The notes beneath the pieces are model-generated. The model was given only the letters and a program-made list of their open reading frames with translations, did not search any database and had not been told where the DNA came from. The translations under genes and the position numbers were made by a program. Below, piece by piece: positions 54,392 through 64,000 of a DNA stretch of 64,000 nt; the first letter of the stretch is position 1; each line of letters begins with the position of its first letter. The stretch covers positions 96,001-160,000 of the forward strand of contig JBBQUR010000008.1 of the NCBI GenBank assembly GCA_038212275.1. The letters run 5' to 3'. Origin of the DNA: Planctomycetota bacterium. GTDB lineage: Bacteria; Planctomycetota; B15-G4.

Positions 54392-56044
54392 GTGCGCAGC
54401 CTGAAGATCATTTTCGTCAGCCTGAACAACACGATCTTCGCGGATGGCTCGCGGATCCTGTCTGCGGCGCTGCGCAAGCAGGGGCACGACGTGAACTTCG
54501 TGTGCCTCACCCAGGACGGCGTGAACCTGTACGGCGAGCCGGTGCTCAAGCAGTTCTCCGACCTCATCACGGAGAAGCGCCCGGCGCTCGTGCTGTACAG
54601 CTTCCTCTCCGACAACTTCCTGCGCGCCAGCCGCGTGACGGAGCGCATCTACCGCGACCACCCCTCGGTCATGCAGGTCTGGGGCGGCGTGCACTGCACC
54701 ATCGCCCCCGAGGAAGCCATCAAGCACGTCAAGGTGCTCTGCCAGGGCGAGGGCGACGAGGCGCTGCCCGAGTTCGTGGAGAAGGTCGCCAACGGCGAGG
54801 ACTACACCGACGTCGCCAACTTCTGGTTTCGCGACGAGCAGGGCGTCATCAAGCACAACGAGATGCGCCCGCTCATGCTGGATCTCGACCGGATGCCGTG
54901 GCCCGACTATGAGATCGAGAGCCACTACATCCTGGATGAGGGCACGCTCAAGCCGATGACGGTGGCGCTGCTCGAGAAGTACCACAACAACGCGCCGCTG
55001 GGCTTCCCCACGTATCCGGTGCTGTCGTCGCGCGGCTGCGCCTTCCGCTGCAGCTTCTGCTACAACGCGACCTACAAGCAGATCTTCGCCGGGCAGAAGT
55101 CCGTGCGCTTCCGCAGCCTGCCCGACGTCGTCGCCGAGCTGCGGCACATGAAGGATCGCTTCCCCTTCTTCCGCTCCTTCTTCTTCAGCGACGACGACTT
55201 CTTCCTGCGCAGCAAGAAGGCGCTCGAGGAGTTCTCGACGCTCAGCAGGGAGAAGATCCCGGACCTGCTCTTCGACGCCTGGTGGGGCTCCACCGCCACG
55301 CCCGCCTCGCTGAGCAAGGACAAGCTCGACCTGATGTACGACATCGGGTTCCGCGTGGTCGCCGTCGGCGTGCAGACCGGCAGCGAGGAGTTCAACAAGC
55401 GCATCTACGACCGCGACTTCCCGAACCAGCTCTTCATCGACAAGATGTGGATGATCGACAAGCACTACCACCGCAAGATGGTGGTCACGCTCGACTTCAT
55501 CGTGGACTGCCCCTACGAGTCCGAGTTCGACACGCTGGAGACGGTGCGCCTCATCGAAAAGCTGCCCAACTGGGTGAGCCTGTCTGTGTTCACCTTCGTC
55601 TTCTACCCCGGCAGCCCGCTCTACAAGCGTGCGCTGGAAGCCGGCGAGATCACGGCCGATCCGGAGCTCTACAACTCCAAGAGCTTCCAGCCCTTCGAGC
55701 ACAAGGGGCACAGCTACGTCGGGCACCTGCTCATCGCGATGGGCTGCGCCAACTACGTGACGCCGCGCTGGGCCAAGCGGCTGCTCATCAGCGCGCCGGC
55801 GCTCTGGCTCGGCCGCCACACGCCGCAGTGGATTCTCGACCTGTGGGACTGGAAGCCCATCTACAACAAGCTCTGGGGCTACAACCAGAGTTGCGCCCTC
55901 GGCATGGGCCGGCCCAAGAAGCGCTGGTGGCAGTTCTGGAACTTCTTCCGCGGCGCCGAGGACAGGCTTCCCGCTCAGGAAGCGGCCGTCATGCAGGACC
56001 GCGGCCAGATCGACCAGTGGACCAAGGGCTCGCTCACGGGCTGA
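54392..56044 (+). CDS. Cobalamin-binding-domain radical SAM protein
   Basis: N-terminal B12-binding-like domain (LSA.LRK.GH.V, WGGVHCT..PEE, GEGDE); SRGCAFRCSFC CX3CX2C; DDDF; GVQTGS. Confidence 0.92.
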   Translation: MRSLKIIFVSLNNTIFADGSRILSAALRKQGHDVNFVCLTQDGVNLYGEPVLKQFSDLITEKRPALVLYSFLSDNFLRASRVTERIYRDHPSVMQVWGGVHCTIAPEEAIKHVKVLCQGEGDEALPEFVEKVANGEDYTDVANFWFRDEQGVIKHNEMRPLMLDLDRMPWPDYEIESHYILDEGTLKPMTVALLEKYHNNAPLGFPTYPVLSSRGCAFRCSFCYNATYKQIFAGQKSVRFRSLPDVVAELRHMKDRFPFFRSFFFSDDDFFLRSKKALEEFSTLSREKIPDLLFDAWWGSTATPASLSKDKLDLMYDIGFRVVAVGVQTGSEEFNKRIYDRDFPNQLFIDKMWMIDKHYHRKMVVTLDFIVDCPYESEFDTLETVRLIEKLPNWVSLSVFTFVFYPGSPLYKRALEAGEITADPELYNSKSFQPFEHKGHSYVGHLLIAMGCANYVTPRWAKRLLISAPALWLGRHTPQWILDLWDWKPIYNKLWGYNQSCALGMGRPKKRWWQFWNFFRGAEDRLPAQEAAVMQDRGQIDQWTKGSLTG

Positions 56045-57368
56045 GCGGCTCGGCCTCCGCGCGCTTTCGGCCGTAGAAGAAGAAACCCGCGGCCAGCGCG
56101 AGGCGCGTGGCGTCATCCAGCGGATGCAGCGTGGCGGGCGGCACGCCGCGCGAGAGCGAGGCCAGCAATTCGCCCACGGGCGTGGCGTCGAGCTCTCGGC
56201 GCAGCGCGTCGTCGGGCAGGCCCTCGCGCAGCAGGCGCAGGATCCAGCCGAACGCCACCCACGGCTCCTGGTGCGGACCGATGCCGCCGTCCAGCTTGTC
56301 GAAGCCGGACAGCAGGCGGTCCAGCCCGGTGCGCGTGAAGTTGTGATAGTGATCCGGGAAGGCATGGAAGGGCGCGATGAACGGCGCGTCGACGCGGATC
56401 ACGCCGGCCGACTTGAGCACGCGGTGCAGTTCCGACGCCACGGCCCACGGGTCGGGAACGTGCTCGAGCACGGACTCGCAGATCGCGGCGTCGAAGGCCT
56501 CGTCCGCGAAGGGCAGCGCCGCCGCGCTGGCCACGATGTCCACGTTGGGAAAGCGCAGGATCTCCAGGTTGACGACGTGCGGCAGGTTGTCCGCCGGCTG
56601 CCCGCAGCCGCAGTCCAGCACCCAGCCGTCGCGGTGGCCATCCATGAGGGCCAGCGACTGCCGCGAGTAGCTGTTCGAAGAGATCTCGCCGGGCGGCGGC
56701 TCGCCGTCGGCCGCCGGATCGCGCAACAGGATGGGCGTGCCGGAGCGGATCGCGTAGTGCTCGCCGCAGGCGGTGCACGTCAGCGCGTCGCTTGATGCTG
56801 CGAGCGGCGCTCGGGCCGCGCAGCGCACGCAGCGCAGCAACGGCAACAGGCGCCTCCACTTCGGGACGGGCGCCTTGGAAAACTGAGCCTCGCCCGCCGG
56901 GGCTGGCAGGACTGCCACCCCGCCAACGGACGTGTCCTGCGCCAGCCGCGCCGGATCGCCGTGCGGCGTGGCGCGCGGCAGCCGGTGCTGCAGCGCCAGC
57001 GGAGCCCGCGCGAGATCCGTGCCCAGCACCGTCATGGCCCCGCTGTCGCGATCGAGAATGACCACGCAGCTGTCGCCGGAGAGCAGCGCCAGGGCCTTCC
57101 CTTCCACCACGGACACGACGGGCACGAACACCGGCTGGCGGGAGTCGGCGCCCTGCCGCACCAGGTCGATCTCCGCGACGGCGATCGGATCTGGCAGAGC
57201 CGACAGCGCGTCGAAGGCCGCCGAGAGCCGTCCCAAGTCGCTCGCACCCGCCACCGACACGCGCACCGGCGCGCCCCGCCAGCGCGCCTCGATGAGATCG
57301 CCCCGCCGCGCGATGACGTGTGCGCCGTGGTGGCGCAGCAGGTCCAGCAGGTCAGCCTCGCTCGGCAT
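56034..57368 (-). CDS. Class I SAM methyltransferase with a Trm112-like zinc finger and an extra N-terminal domain
   Basis: LLRCVRC...LTCTACG..Y.IRSG.P.L; VLDCGCG; LPFADEAFD...CESVLEHV; RVLK..G; GGAG SD before ATG 57368. Confidence 0.85.
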   Translation of the reverse strand: MPSEADLLDLLRHHGAHVIARRGDLIEARWRGAPVRVSVAGASDLGRLSAAFDALSALPDPIAVAEIDLVRQGADSRQPVFVPVVSVVEGKALALLSGDSCVVILDRDSGAMTVLGTDLARAPLALQHRLPRATPHGDPARLAQDTSVGGVAVLPAPAGEAQFSKAPVPKWRRLLPLLRCVRCAARAPLAASSDALTCTACGEHYAIRSGTPILLRDPAADGEPPPGEISSNSYSRQSLALMDGHRDGWVLDCGCGQPADNLPHVVNLEILRFPNVDIVASAAALPFADEAFDAAICESVLEHVPDPWAVASELHRVLKSAGVIRVDAPFIAPFHAFPDHYHNFTRTGLDRLLSGFDKLDGGIGPHQEPWVAFGWILRLLREGLPDDALRRELDATPVGELLASLSRGVPPATLHPLDDATRLALAAGFFFYGRKRAEAEPLSP

Positions 57369-57484
57369 GGGCGCTCCGGGTCGGTGAGCGCGGGATCCTA
57401 ACCCGGGCACGGGCTGCAGCGCCCCGTCACGCGCCCGCGCCATGCATCAGCGCCGGCGCAATACGGAGGCGACTCTCCGGCCCG

Positions 57485-58876
57485 TCACGGCAGGAAGTCG
57501 AGCCGCACCGCGTTGGAAAAGCCCACGCCGCCGGGAAGGGAAGCATCCATGAGCACGCCCTGCACGAACAGGGACGCCGGCCCGCCGCCGCCGGGGATGA
57601 GAAGCACGAGGGTGCCCGTCGGACCGGTCGAGACGTTCGTCAGCAGCAGCAGCGGCAGCGGCACGAGCGTCCCGCCCTTGTAGGGCGTGGGCGTCGCGGA
57701 GATTCCGGCGAGCAGGAAGACCGTGCCGGCCTCGGGCCCGCCCCACAGCGTGAGGTTCGCGCTCGTGCCCGACGACAGGTCGCCGCCGCAAGCCGAGAGC
57801 TTCGACGGGCCTGGCCCCGAGAAGCCGAGGTCCGCCTGGCAGACGCCGAGCGGCGTGAGCAGCACCGCACCAGTGACGCCGGTGACGGTGTTCGTCGCGA
57901 TGGCCGCGAGCTGGCGCGCGTCGTTGATGTCCATCGAGAAGCTCTGCACGATCGACCATGGTCCGGCGCCCGGCGCGACGAGCTGCTGCGCGTTGAACTC
58001 GCCCAGCCCCTCGAGATGCAGGATGTTCGTGGTGAGGAAGGCCTGGTAGATCACGTCGCCGAGGTCGTTGATGTCGTAGGCGTTGGCCAGCGGGCTGCAC
58101 GGACTCAGCAGTTGCCAGCCGTAGTCGTCCATGTGGCGCGCGGCCTGGTAGACGCAATTCGTGCTCGTCGCCAGGACGGCGGTGCCCGCGATCTGACCCA
58201 GCTCGTTGATGGAGTAGCCGGTGGTGGCCTGGTAGTTGATCGGACCCGGCGGCGTGCCGAACGTGTCCAGCGTCATGGTGTCCAGGTCCAGGCGCCTGCA
58301 CTGCTTGTCGAGCATCTGGCGCTGGTCGTTGATCGCCTGCGGATCGAAGACGCCCAGCGGATTGAGGTCGAGCACGCCGCCCGGCGCGCTGAAGAGCACG
58401 GCGTAACGGAACATGCCGCTGTTCGACCAGCCGACGATGTCGCCCACGTTGTTGAGCGCCGTGGCGATGCTGCCGGAGTGGCCCGGCAGCTTGCCCAGTT
58501 CGTGCACCGTGTAGCCGCCCATGCCGTCGGGCAGCCACTGCGCCGCGCGCCCGAAGAACTCCGGCGACAGGAACGTGGACACGGCGCCCACGATCACGCC
58601 CTGCTCGTTGATGTCCAGCGCCCAGCTGCTCTTGTCACCCGCGGGCAGCGGAAGCAGCGTGAGCGCCGAGGTTGCGGAGGCCACCCAGCCGCGCGTGTTT
58701 CCCGCCACGCTCAGCTGCCCCACCACCACGCCGGCCTCGCTCAGCGCCGTGATGCTCTGGGCCGCGCCCAGGAAGGTGACGGAGCACGACGGCGGCGATT
58801 GCGCGCCGAGACTCAGCGACAGCGCCGGAAGGCAGACTCCGAGCAGGGCAAGACGCATGCAGCGGGAACTGGACAT
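57485..58876 (-). CDS. Secreted protein with HAF-like extracellular repeats and a conserved C-terminal domain
   Basis: Signal peptide; repeated A.[DA][IL]N[ED].G.[IV]VG units; C-terminal P.KGG.LVP domain. Confidence 0.82.
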   Translation of the reverse strand: MSSSRCMRLALLGVCLPALSLSLGAQSPPSCSVTFLGAAQSITALSEAGVVVGQLSVAGNTRGWVASATSALTLLPLPAGDKSSWALDINEQGVIVGAVSTFLSPEFFGRAAQWLPDGMGGYTVHELGKLPGHSGSIATALNNVGDIVGWSNSGMFRYAVLFSAPGGVLDLNPLGVFDPQAINDQRQMLDKQCRRLDLDTMTLDTFGTPPGPINYQATTGYSINELGQIAGTAVLATSTNCVYQAARHMDDYGWQLLSPCSPLANAYDINDLGDVIYQAFLTTNILHLEGLGEFNAQQLVAPGAGPWSIVQSFSMDINDARQLAAIATNTVTGVTGAVLLTPLGVCQADLGFSGPGPSKLSACGGDLSSGTSANLTLWGGPEAGTVFLLAGISATPTPYKGGTLVPLPLLLLTNVSTGPTGTLVLLIPGGGGPASLFVQGVLMDASLPGGVGFSNAVRLDFLP

Positions 58877-59024
58877 GAGAGAGGTCTCCGGAAGGTGATG
58901 ATCAGGGAGAGCGAATGAGCTGTGCGAGGTGCGGGAGGCACGTGCAACGAGACACTAGGCAATCGGTGCGCCGCGCGGTGCCGGCCTTGCTGCCGACACC
59001 GCGCGGAATCCTCCGCACCGCGAC

Positions 59025-62000
59025 TCACGGGACCAGGGCGCGCAGGCCGCCGCTCGCCGCGAGGCCGAACGGCGCGCTGGCGTCGCTGATCCACGTCTGG
59101 AACCACGCCTGCGTCCCGGCGGGCAGGCCGGCCGGCCAGGTGCCGACAAGCAGCCAGCTGCCGCTCGCATCGGTGCCGATGCCGGAAAGCACGAGGTCCG
59201 GGTTCGGGACCAGCACCCCGCCCTTGAACGGGGCGTTCAGCGCGGAGAGCCCGATGATGAGCGACGTCGGCGCCCGTGCGGCGGCGCTGCTCAACTGCAG
59301 TTGCACCGGCGCGTTGGCCGCGAGGCTGCCCTCACCCACGAGCACGGGCAGGCCACCGGCGCCCGCGACGCCGCCACCGAGCTGCGTCCATGTCTGCGCA
59401 CCCGGCGTGACGGCGAAGGCGCCGCTCGTCGAGGACGTGTTCTGGAAGCGGAGGTCGCGAGCGATGACGCGCACGCGCACCGACTCGATGCCCGAGCTGC
59501 CCGGCAGGATCCACGCGTAGGACGACGCGGCGGCGGGGAGATTGTCGGCCACGACCTGCCACGTGCGGCCGTTGTCGTACGAGGCGTGAATCGCGAAGGA
59601 GCGCAGCGCCTCGTCGTCGGAGGCGGACCAGAGGACCGGCACGGTGCTCCCGCCCGCGAAGGACTGGCCGGCCTGCGGCGACGTGAGCTGCACCACCGGC
59701 GGCGCATCGCCAAGCAGCGCGGGATCCGGGCGGATGGAGAACTCGGGCGTGAACTCCCAGCGATCGCGACCGCCCGCGCCGGCGCTGTAGCGCAGGCCGA
59801 CCCGCGCCGTGTCCGTGCTGACGCCCGGCGCCTTCAAGCCGAGCGGCATGCAGGTGATCGCCGTCGAGGCGCCGCCGAGCGAGAAGAGCTGTTCGTCGCT
59901 GTCGAGGAACAGGAAGGCATCGACGAGCCCCGACGAGCCGGGCAGCACCGTCCAGCAGAGGTCCACGTTCTGGCCGGGACGCAGCGTGCCGGCGATGGGT
60001 TGCGGCAACACGCCCTTGTTGCCGAAGTCCACGTAGGGCGTGTTGAACTGGATCTCGTCCCAGCCTTCCTGGCCGGCGGCGTCGGTCGCGACGACGCGCA
60101 GCACCGAGGCGCCGTTGTTCGACGAGGGCGGCGCCTGCGGCACGGTGATCTCGACCGAGCGCGCGCCGGCCGGGATGCCGTCCAGCAGCAAGGCAAGGGC
60201 GGGATTCTCGCTGTGCGGCGAGTAGAGCACGCGGAAGCCGGCGATGCCGTCATCGTCCTGCGCGTCCCACGTGAGCAGCAGCTTGCGGCCTTCCTCGAGC
60301 AGGAACGAATGCTCGTGCAGGCGCACGATCGGCGCGTGGTTGTTCGCATTCGGCGCCGACGTGAGGAAGGGCACGATCACGGCGTTGCCCGTGACCAACT
60401 CGCCGGTGCCGCCCGGGTTGGAGGCCGCCATCGGGCCGCTCGGTGCGTTCCACCAGTTGTATTTCCCGGACTCGATGTTGAGCGGCGCCAGCACCTCGAA
60501 GGCGATGCCGTTGGCTGCGAAGGTGTTGGGGTTCGTGAGGCCATCGAGGTCGGCATGACCGGCCGCGAAGCCTCCCGTCGCCGGCAGTCCTGCCGACGTC
60601 TGCACGCCCGAGGCGTTACCGAGGAACGCGCAGGAGCGCGCCACGATGTTGCCGAAGCTGTAGGAATTCGCGCCGATCGCATTGCCCTCCAGCAGGCACG
60701 ACTCGAGGCGCACCACGGTCTCGTCCGCCCCGAAGGCCCGCAGCCCGCCGCGCGCGATGCAGTTCTCCAGCTTGGGCCGCCGCGAGCTGCGGAAGGAAAT
60801 CGTCTGCCAGGCCTGTCCCGGGTTGAGGCGCTCGAAGGTGATGGGCGCGTCGGGCAGGCCTTCGGCGATCACTGTGCCGCCGGCGTAGCTGTGGATCTTC
60901 GCGTCCGGCCCGAGCTTCAGCGTGACGCCGGGCTCGATGGTCAGCTCGCCCTCGTTCACGTCGCCCGAGGTGTCGGCGTCGATCCGGTACGGCAGGCCGG
61001 CATTCGCGAAGGTGACCCGGCCATGCACGTTGCCGAGACCGCCGTGCACGTAGTTGTTCGCGTTGCCGCCCGTCGGCAGCGTGCTGCCCGGCGCGATGCC
61101 GCCGCCGGTGAGGTGCACTGGATACAGGTTGTTGGCGATGGTGTTGTTCGCGCCGAAGAAGTGGTCGAAGCCGGACAGCACGAAGGGCGCGTCGCCGGCG
61201 ACGTTGTGCGCGCTGACGTGGTCGATGAAGAGCGGCTGCCCGGCCTTGTATCGCGTCGACTTCAGCACGGTGCCGTTGAGGTTCAGGCCGTCCACCAGCA
61301 CGTAGCTGTCCTGCGCGCTGATCGACGGGCCGGTCACGGTCGTGTTGCGGATGACCAGCGTGCCCGAGGCGATGAAGATGTCGCCATCCCCGCTGAAGGT
61401 CGAGTGGTCGATGGAGATGGTCTTGGTCTGCGTGCCGTAGATCACGTCCTGGTTGTTCACGAAGACCGGGAGGTCCGACACCACGTGGTCGAGGCGCACC
61501 GTGGCGCCTGGCGCCACCTCGATGCCCTTGCCGAACGGGCCGCCGGCGCCGCCGGTGAGCGCGACGGGTGAGGCCGCACTGCCGAGGAACTCGCCGAGAC
61601 CCTCGACGCGCACGTTGCCGGTGGCCGCGACGTCAAGCGCCGAGCCCGCCTCGAAGCGCAGCGTGCCCGGCACGTACAGCGTCGCGCCGGTCTTCACCTG
61701 CACGCTCACGCCGCCGTCCACGATGAGCGTCCCGCCCGACACGACCGCCGTGTCGGAGGCCAGCACCACCGGGCTGAGCGCGCTCGTCCAGTGCACCGTC
61801 TGGCCGGCGACCGGCATCGGCGGGCCGGGCGGAGGCGACTGGTTCACGGTCAGAGCATCGATGCCGAGGTACGAGGCGAAGCAGCCAAAATTGCACGCGT
61901 TGTCCACGAAGTTGCGCAGCGCGAGCCTCCCGGTGCCAGGCACGGTGACCGACACCACGGTCCAACCGGTGAGCTGGACGGGGTTCAGGTCGGCAAGGAG

Positions 62001-62480
62001 CGTGGTGAAGTCGCCCACGGCGGCGCCGCCCGAGCCGGTCGAGGTGCCGCCGCCGGGCGCGTAGCGCACCTGCAGCGTGTCCACGTTGCTCGAATCGACG
62101 CGGCGCACGAAGAAGGTCAGTCGGTCGCCCGCCTTCTGGTTCGCGATCGCGGGGAGGATGGCCCACTGGCTCACGTCTCCGCCGAGAAACGCCGTCGACT
62201 CGCTGCCGACGGAGAGGTATCCGGCGCCGCTCTGTGACGGGAACAGGCTGTTCGTGCCGGTGTGCCAGGTCCCCGTCGCGACGGGAGCGCTCTGGTTGCG
62301 GAAGATCCAGCCTTGCGCAATCAGGTTCACAGGGCCGTCGGTGCCGGCCTGCACGGGGCCGTTGTTGTCGAAGGCCTGGCTGAAGCTGGCCTGGGCAATC
62401 GCCGCGCGGGCCGTAGCCAGCGACAAGCACAGCGTGATCGCACTCACGACGCCGCGGGACATCTTTCGATTCGCAAACAT
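59025..62480 (-). CDS. Large secreted multidomain protein (choice-of-anchor-J/cleaved-adhesin-like, beta-helix, Ig-like, conserved C-terminal domain)
   Basis: Signal peptide; GW.F.NQS...LQVR...VGDFT..L...GRLA.R...Y.GID domain; PPPGPP linker; G/N/S/T-rich beta-helix with NWW...SGP; Ig-like 'W.A.DD' domains. Confidence 0.82.
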   Translation of the reverse strand: MFANRKMSRGVVSAITLCLSLATARAAIAQASFSQAFDNNGPVQAGTDGPVNLIAQGWIFRNQSAPVATGTWHTGTNSLFPSQSGAGYLSVGSESTAFLGGDVSQWAILPAIANQKAGDRLTFFVRRVDSSNVDTLQVRYAPGGGTSTGSGGAAVGDFTTLLADLNPVQLTGWTVVSVTVPGTGRLALRNFVDNACNFGCFASYLGIDALTVNQSPPPGPPMPVAGQTVHWTSALSPVVLASDTAVVSGGTLIVDGGVSVQVKTGATLYVPGTLRFEAGSALDVAATGNVRVEGLGEFLGSAASPVALTGGAGGPFGKGIEVAPGATVRLDHVVSDLPVFVNNQDVIYGTQTKTISIDHSTFSGDGDIFIASGTLVIRNTTVTGPSISAQDSYVLVDGLNLNGTVLKSTRYKAGQPLFIDHVSAHNVAGDAPFVLSGFDHFFGANNTIANNLYPVHLTGGGIAPGSTLPTGGNANNYVHGGLGNVHGRVTFANAGLPYRIDADTSGDVNEGELTIEPGVTLKLGPDAKIHSYAGGTVIAEGLPDAPITFERLNPGQAWQTISFRSSRRPKLENCIARGGLRAFGADETVVRLESCLLEGNAIGANSYSFGNIVARSCAFLGNASGVQTSAGLPATGGFAAGHADLDGLTNPNTFAANGIAFEVLAPLNIESGKYNWWNAPSGPMAASNPGGTGELVTGNAVIVPFLTSAPNANNHAPIVRLHEHSFLLEEGRKLLLTWDAQDDDGIAGFRVLYSPHSENPALALLLDGIPAGARSVEITVPQAPPSSNNGASVLRVVATDAAGQEGWDEIQFNTPYVDFGNKGVLPQPIAGTLRPGQNVDLCWTVLPGSSGLVDAFLFLDSDEQLFSLGGASTAITCMPLGLKAPGVSTDTARVGLRYSAGAGGRDRWEFTPEFSIRPDPALLGDAPPVVQLTSPQAGQSFAGGSTVPVLWSASDDEALRSFAIHASYDNGRTWQVVADNLPAAASSYAWILPGSSGIESVRVRVIARDLRFQNTSSTSGAFAVTPGAQTWTQLGGGVAGAGGLPVLVGEGSLAANAPVQLQLSSAAARAPTSLIIGLSALNAPFKGGVLVPNPDLVLSGIGTDASGSWLLVGTWPAGLPAGTQAWFQTWISDASAPFGLAASGGLRALVP

Positions 62481-62797
62481 GAGGACTCTCCGTGGACGCC
62501 GTGAGCCGGATCAAATCGAATCCGGCGGCAGCCACAGGGCAAGCCGCGTGCCAGCCTCCGTCCGCCACGATCGAGGCGAGGAACGCCCCGTTCAGCGCCC
62601 GGCGCGATCCACGCACCAGACACGGCGTCCACGATCCGGACAGGCGACTGGACATCGCGGACGGCGAGCGCGGACGCAATCGGTGAGACGCGAGCGCTGG
62701 GGAGGCTGGCACGGTGCTTGCGCTTGCCTCCGCACCGGACCGCAGGCGTCCGCGCCTTGCTGCCCCGCACTTTCCCGATGACCCAAGGAAGCCCGCC

Positions 62798-64000
62798 ATG
62801 TCACGTCATCGTTCCGCGCTCGTGCTTGCCGCCCTCGCCGCGATCGCCGCCGCACCAGGCGCCCGCGCGCAATACCAGGACTTCGCCAGTTGGACGGGCA
62901 TCGATGTCGGCACGCCGGCCGACATGCAGTTCGCGCAGGAGTTCGTGCGCGCGGACTTCGACGGCGATGGCCACGCCGACCTCGCCGTCGTGAGCTGGGG
63001 TCTCTCGCAGCACAAGCTCGCCATCCTGAAGAACCTCGGCGACGAGCGCTTCGGCCCCGCCACCTTCTATCCGCTGCTCAAGGGAAGCCAGGCCCTGGCC
63101 GTCGCGGACATCGACGGCGATGGCGACCTGGACCTCGGCGTCACCGAGGGCGAGAGCACCTCCAGCGGCACGACGGTGGCCATCTTCCGCAACGCCGGCG
63201 ACGCCAGCTTCACGCTCAGCCAGCGCATCACCGTGCCCAAGGGTCCGCTCGGCATCGCCGCGTGCGACTACGACGGCGACGGCGACAAGGACTTCGCCGT
63301 GGCCATCTACGGCGTCTCGGCCTCCGGCACGTCGGTGAAGCTCCTCGTCAACAACGGCGCGGGCACCTACTCCAGCGGCGCGTCCATCGCCGTGTCCGCC
63401 GCACCGGCCTGCATCGCGGCCGCGGACTTCAACGGCGACGGCCGCGACGACCTCGCGGTGGGCCACGACAAGTTCGACGTCATCGACATCCTGCTGGGCG
63501 GCGGCGCGACCTTCGCGGCTCCGATCACCTTCAACGTGTCGGCCGGCATGGCGGGCGGCTCGAGTCTCTTCTCGTGCATCAACGTCGTGGACCTCGACCG
63601 CGACGGCGACCTCGACATCGCCTTCAGCGACAACAGTCACCAGAAATTCATCCCCTTCCTTCGCGGCCTCGTCACGACCATCCTCAACCAGGGCGGCGGC
63701 TCCTTCGCGCAGGGCCCCGACATCGTGTTGCGCCCGGGCGCCAACGGCTTCACCGACATGGCCTTCGCCGACCTGAACGGCGACGGCTGGCCGGACGTGC
63801 TGGGCACGGACCACATGGACTGGGACTTCGCGCTCTCCGACGGCGCGGGCTCCTACGTGCAGCCGCTCGTCGCCAACTACGGATTCCTCGGCACCGACGA
63901 GCCCACCGCGATCGACGCCTTCGATGCCGACGGTGACGGCGACCTCGACGCGCTCGTGCTCGGCAGCCACTCCGTCGCTCTGACGGTGCACCGCTTCCAG
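62798..64000 (+). CDS. Secreted FG-GAP/VCBS repeat beta-propeller protein; 3' end runs off the window
   Basis: Not in the ORF track (no stop in window). MSRHRSALVLAALAAIAAAPGARA-Q signal; repeats DFDGDGHADL, DIDGDGDLDL, DYDGDGDKDF, DFNGDGRDDL, DLDRDGDLDI, DLNGDGWPDV, DADGDGDLDA. Confidence 0.92.
   Translation, partial: MSRHRSALVLAALAAIAAAPGARAQYQDFASWTGIDVGTPADMQFAQEFVRADFDGDGHADLAVVSWGLSQHKLAILKNLGDERFGPATFYPLLKGSQALAVADIDGDGDLDLGVTEGESTSSGTTVAIFRNAGDASFTLSQRITVPKGPLGIAACDYDGDGDKDFAVAIYGVSASGTSVKLLVNNGAGTYSSGASIAVSAAPACIAAADFNGDGRDDLAVGHDKFDVIDILLGGGATFAAPITFNVSAGMAGGSSLFSCINVVDLDRDGDLDIAFSDNSHQKFIPFLRGLVTTILNQGGGSFAQGPDIVLRPGANGFTDMAFADLNGDGWPDVLGTDHMDWDFALSDGAGSYVQPLVANYGFLGTDEPTAIDAFDADGDGDLDALVLGSHSVALTVHRFQ

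Overview
Very GC-rich bacterial chromosomal segment, most likely from a Planctomycetota. The basis is inference from the short-NTD NusA, the zinc-ribbon SpoVG, the AroD-AroE fusion, the MoxR/vWA/prenyltransferase-fold cluster and the FG-GAP proteins. Housekeeping content includes cysS, nusA-infB-rbfA, thiS/thiG, eno and a psd-pssA-folK-panC-panD-ispE-spoVG-panG-like-aroDE run. Other content: a 4-gene ABC exporter, WecE, a Tat-Rieske protein, an HPS-RraA fusion, a B12 radical SAM enzyme and three large secreted proteins. The main candidate for an uncharacterised system is a ~21 kb, tightly coupled minus-strand cluster. It encodes a MoxR AAA+ ATPase, DUF58, BatA-vWA, vWA-GATase-like, two PQQ-type beta-propellers, two exported prenyltransferase-fold proteins and coiled-coil proteins. 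Other leads: a shared ~120-aa C-terminal domain on two unrelated secreted proteins; a 34-aa histone-H1-like ORF missing from the ORF track; an FtsB-like gene near eno; a lipoprotein gene split by a single in-frame TAG; a rimP-leader-like hairpin without rimP; a desaturase coupled to rbfA; and many short tandem duplications at gene junctions and in protein loops. No rRNA, tRNA, CRISPR array or mobile element was recognised.
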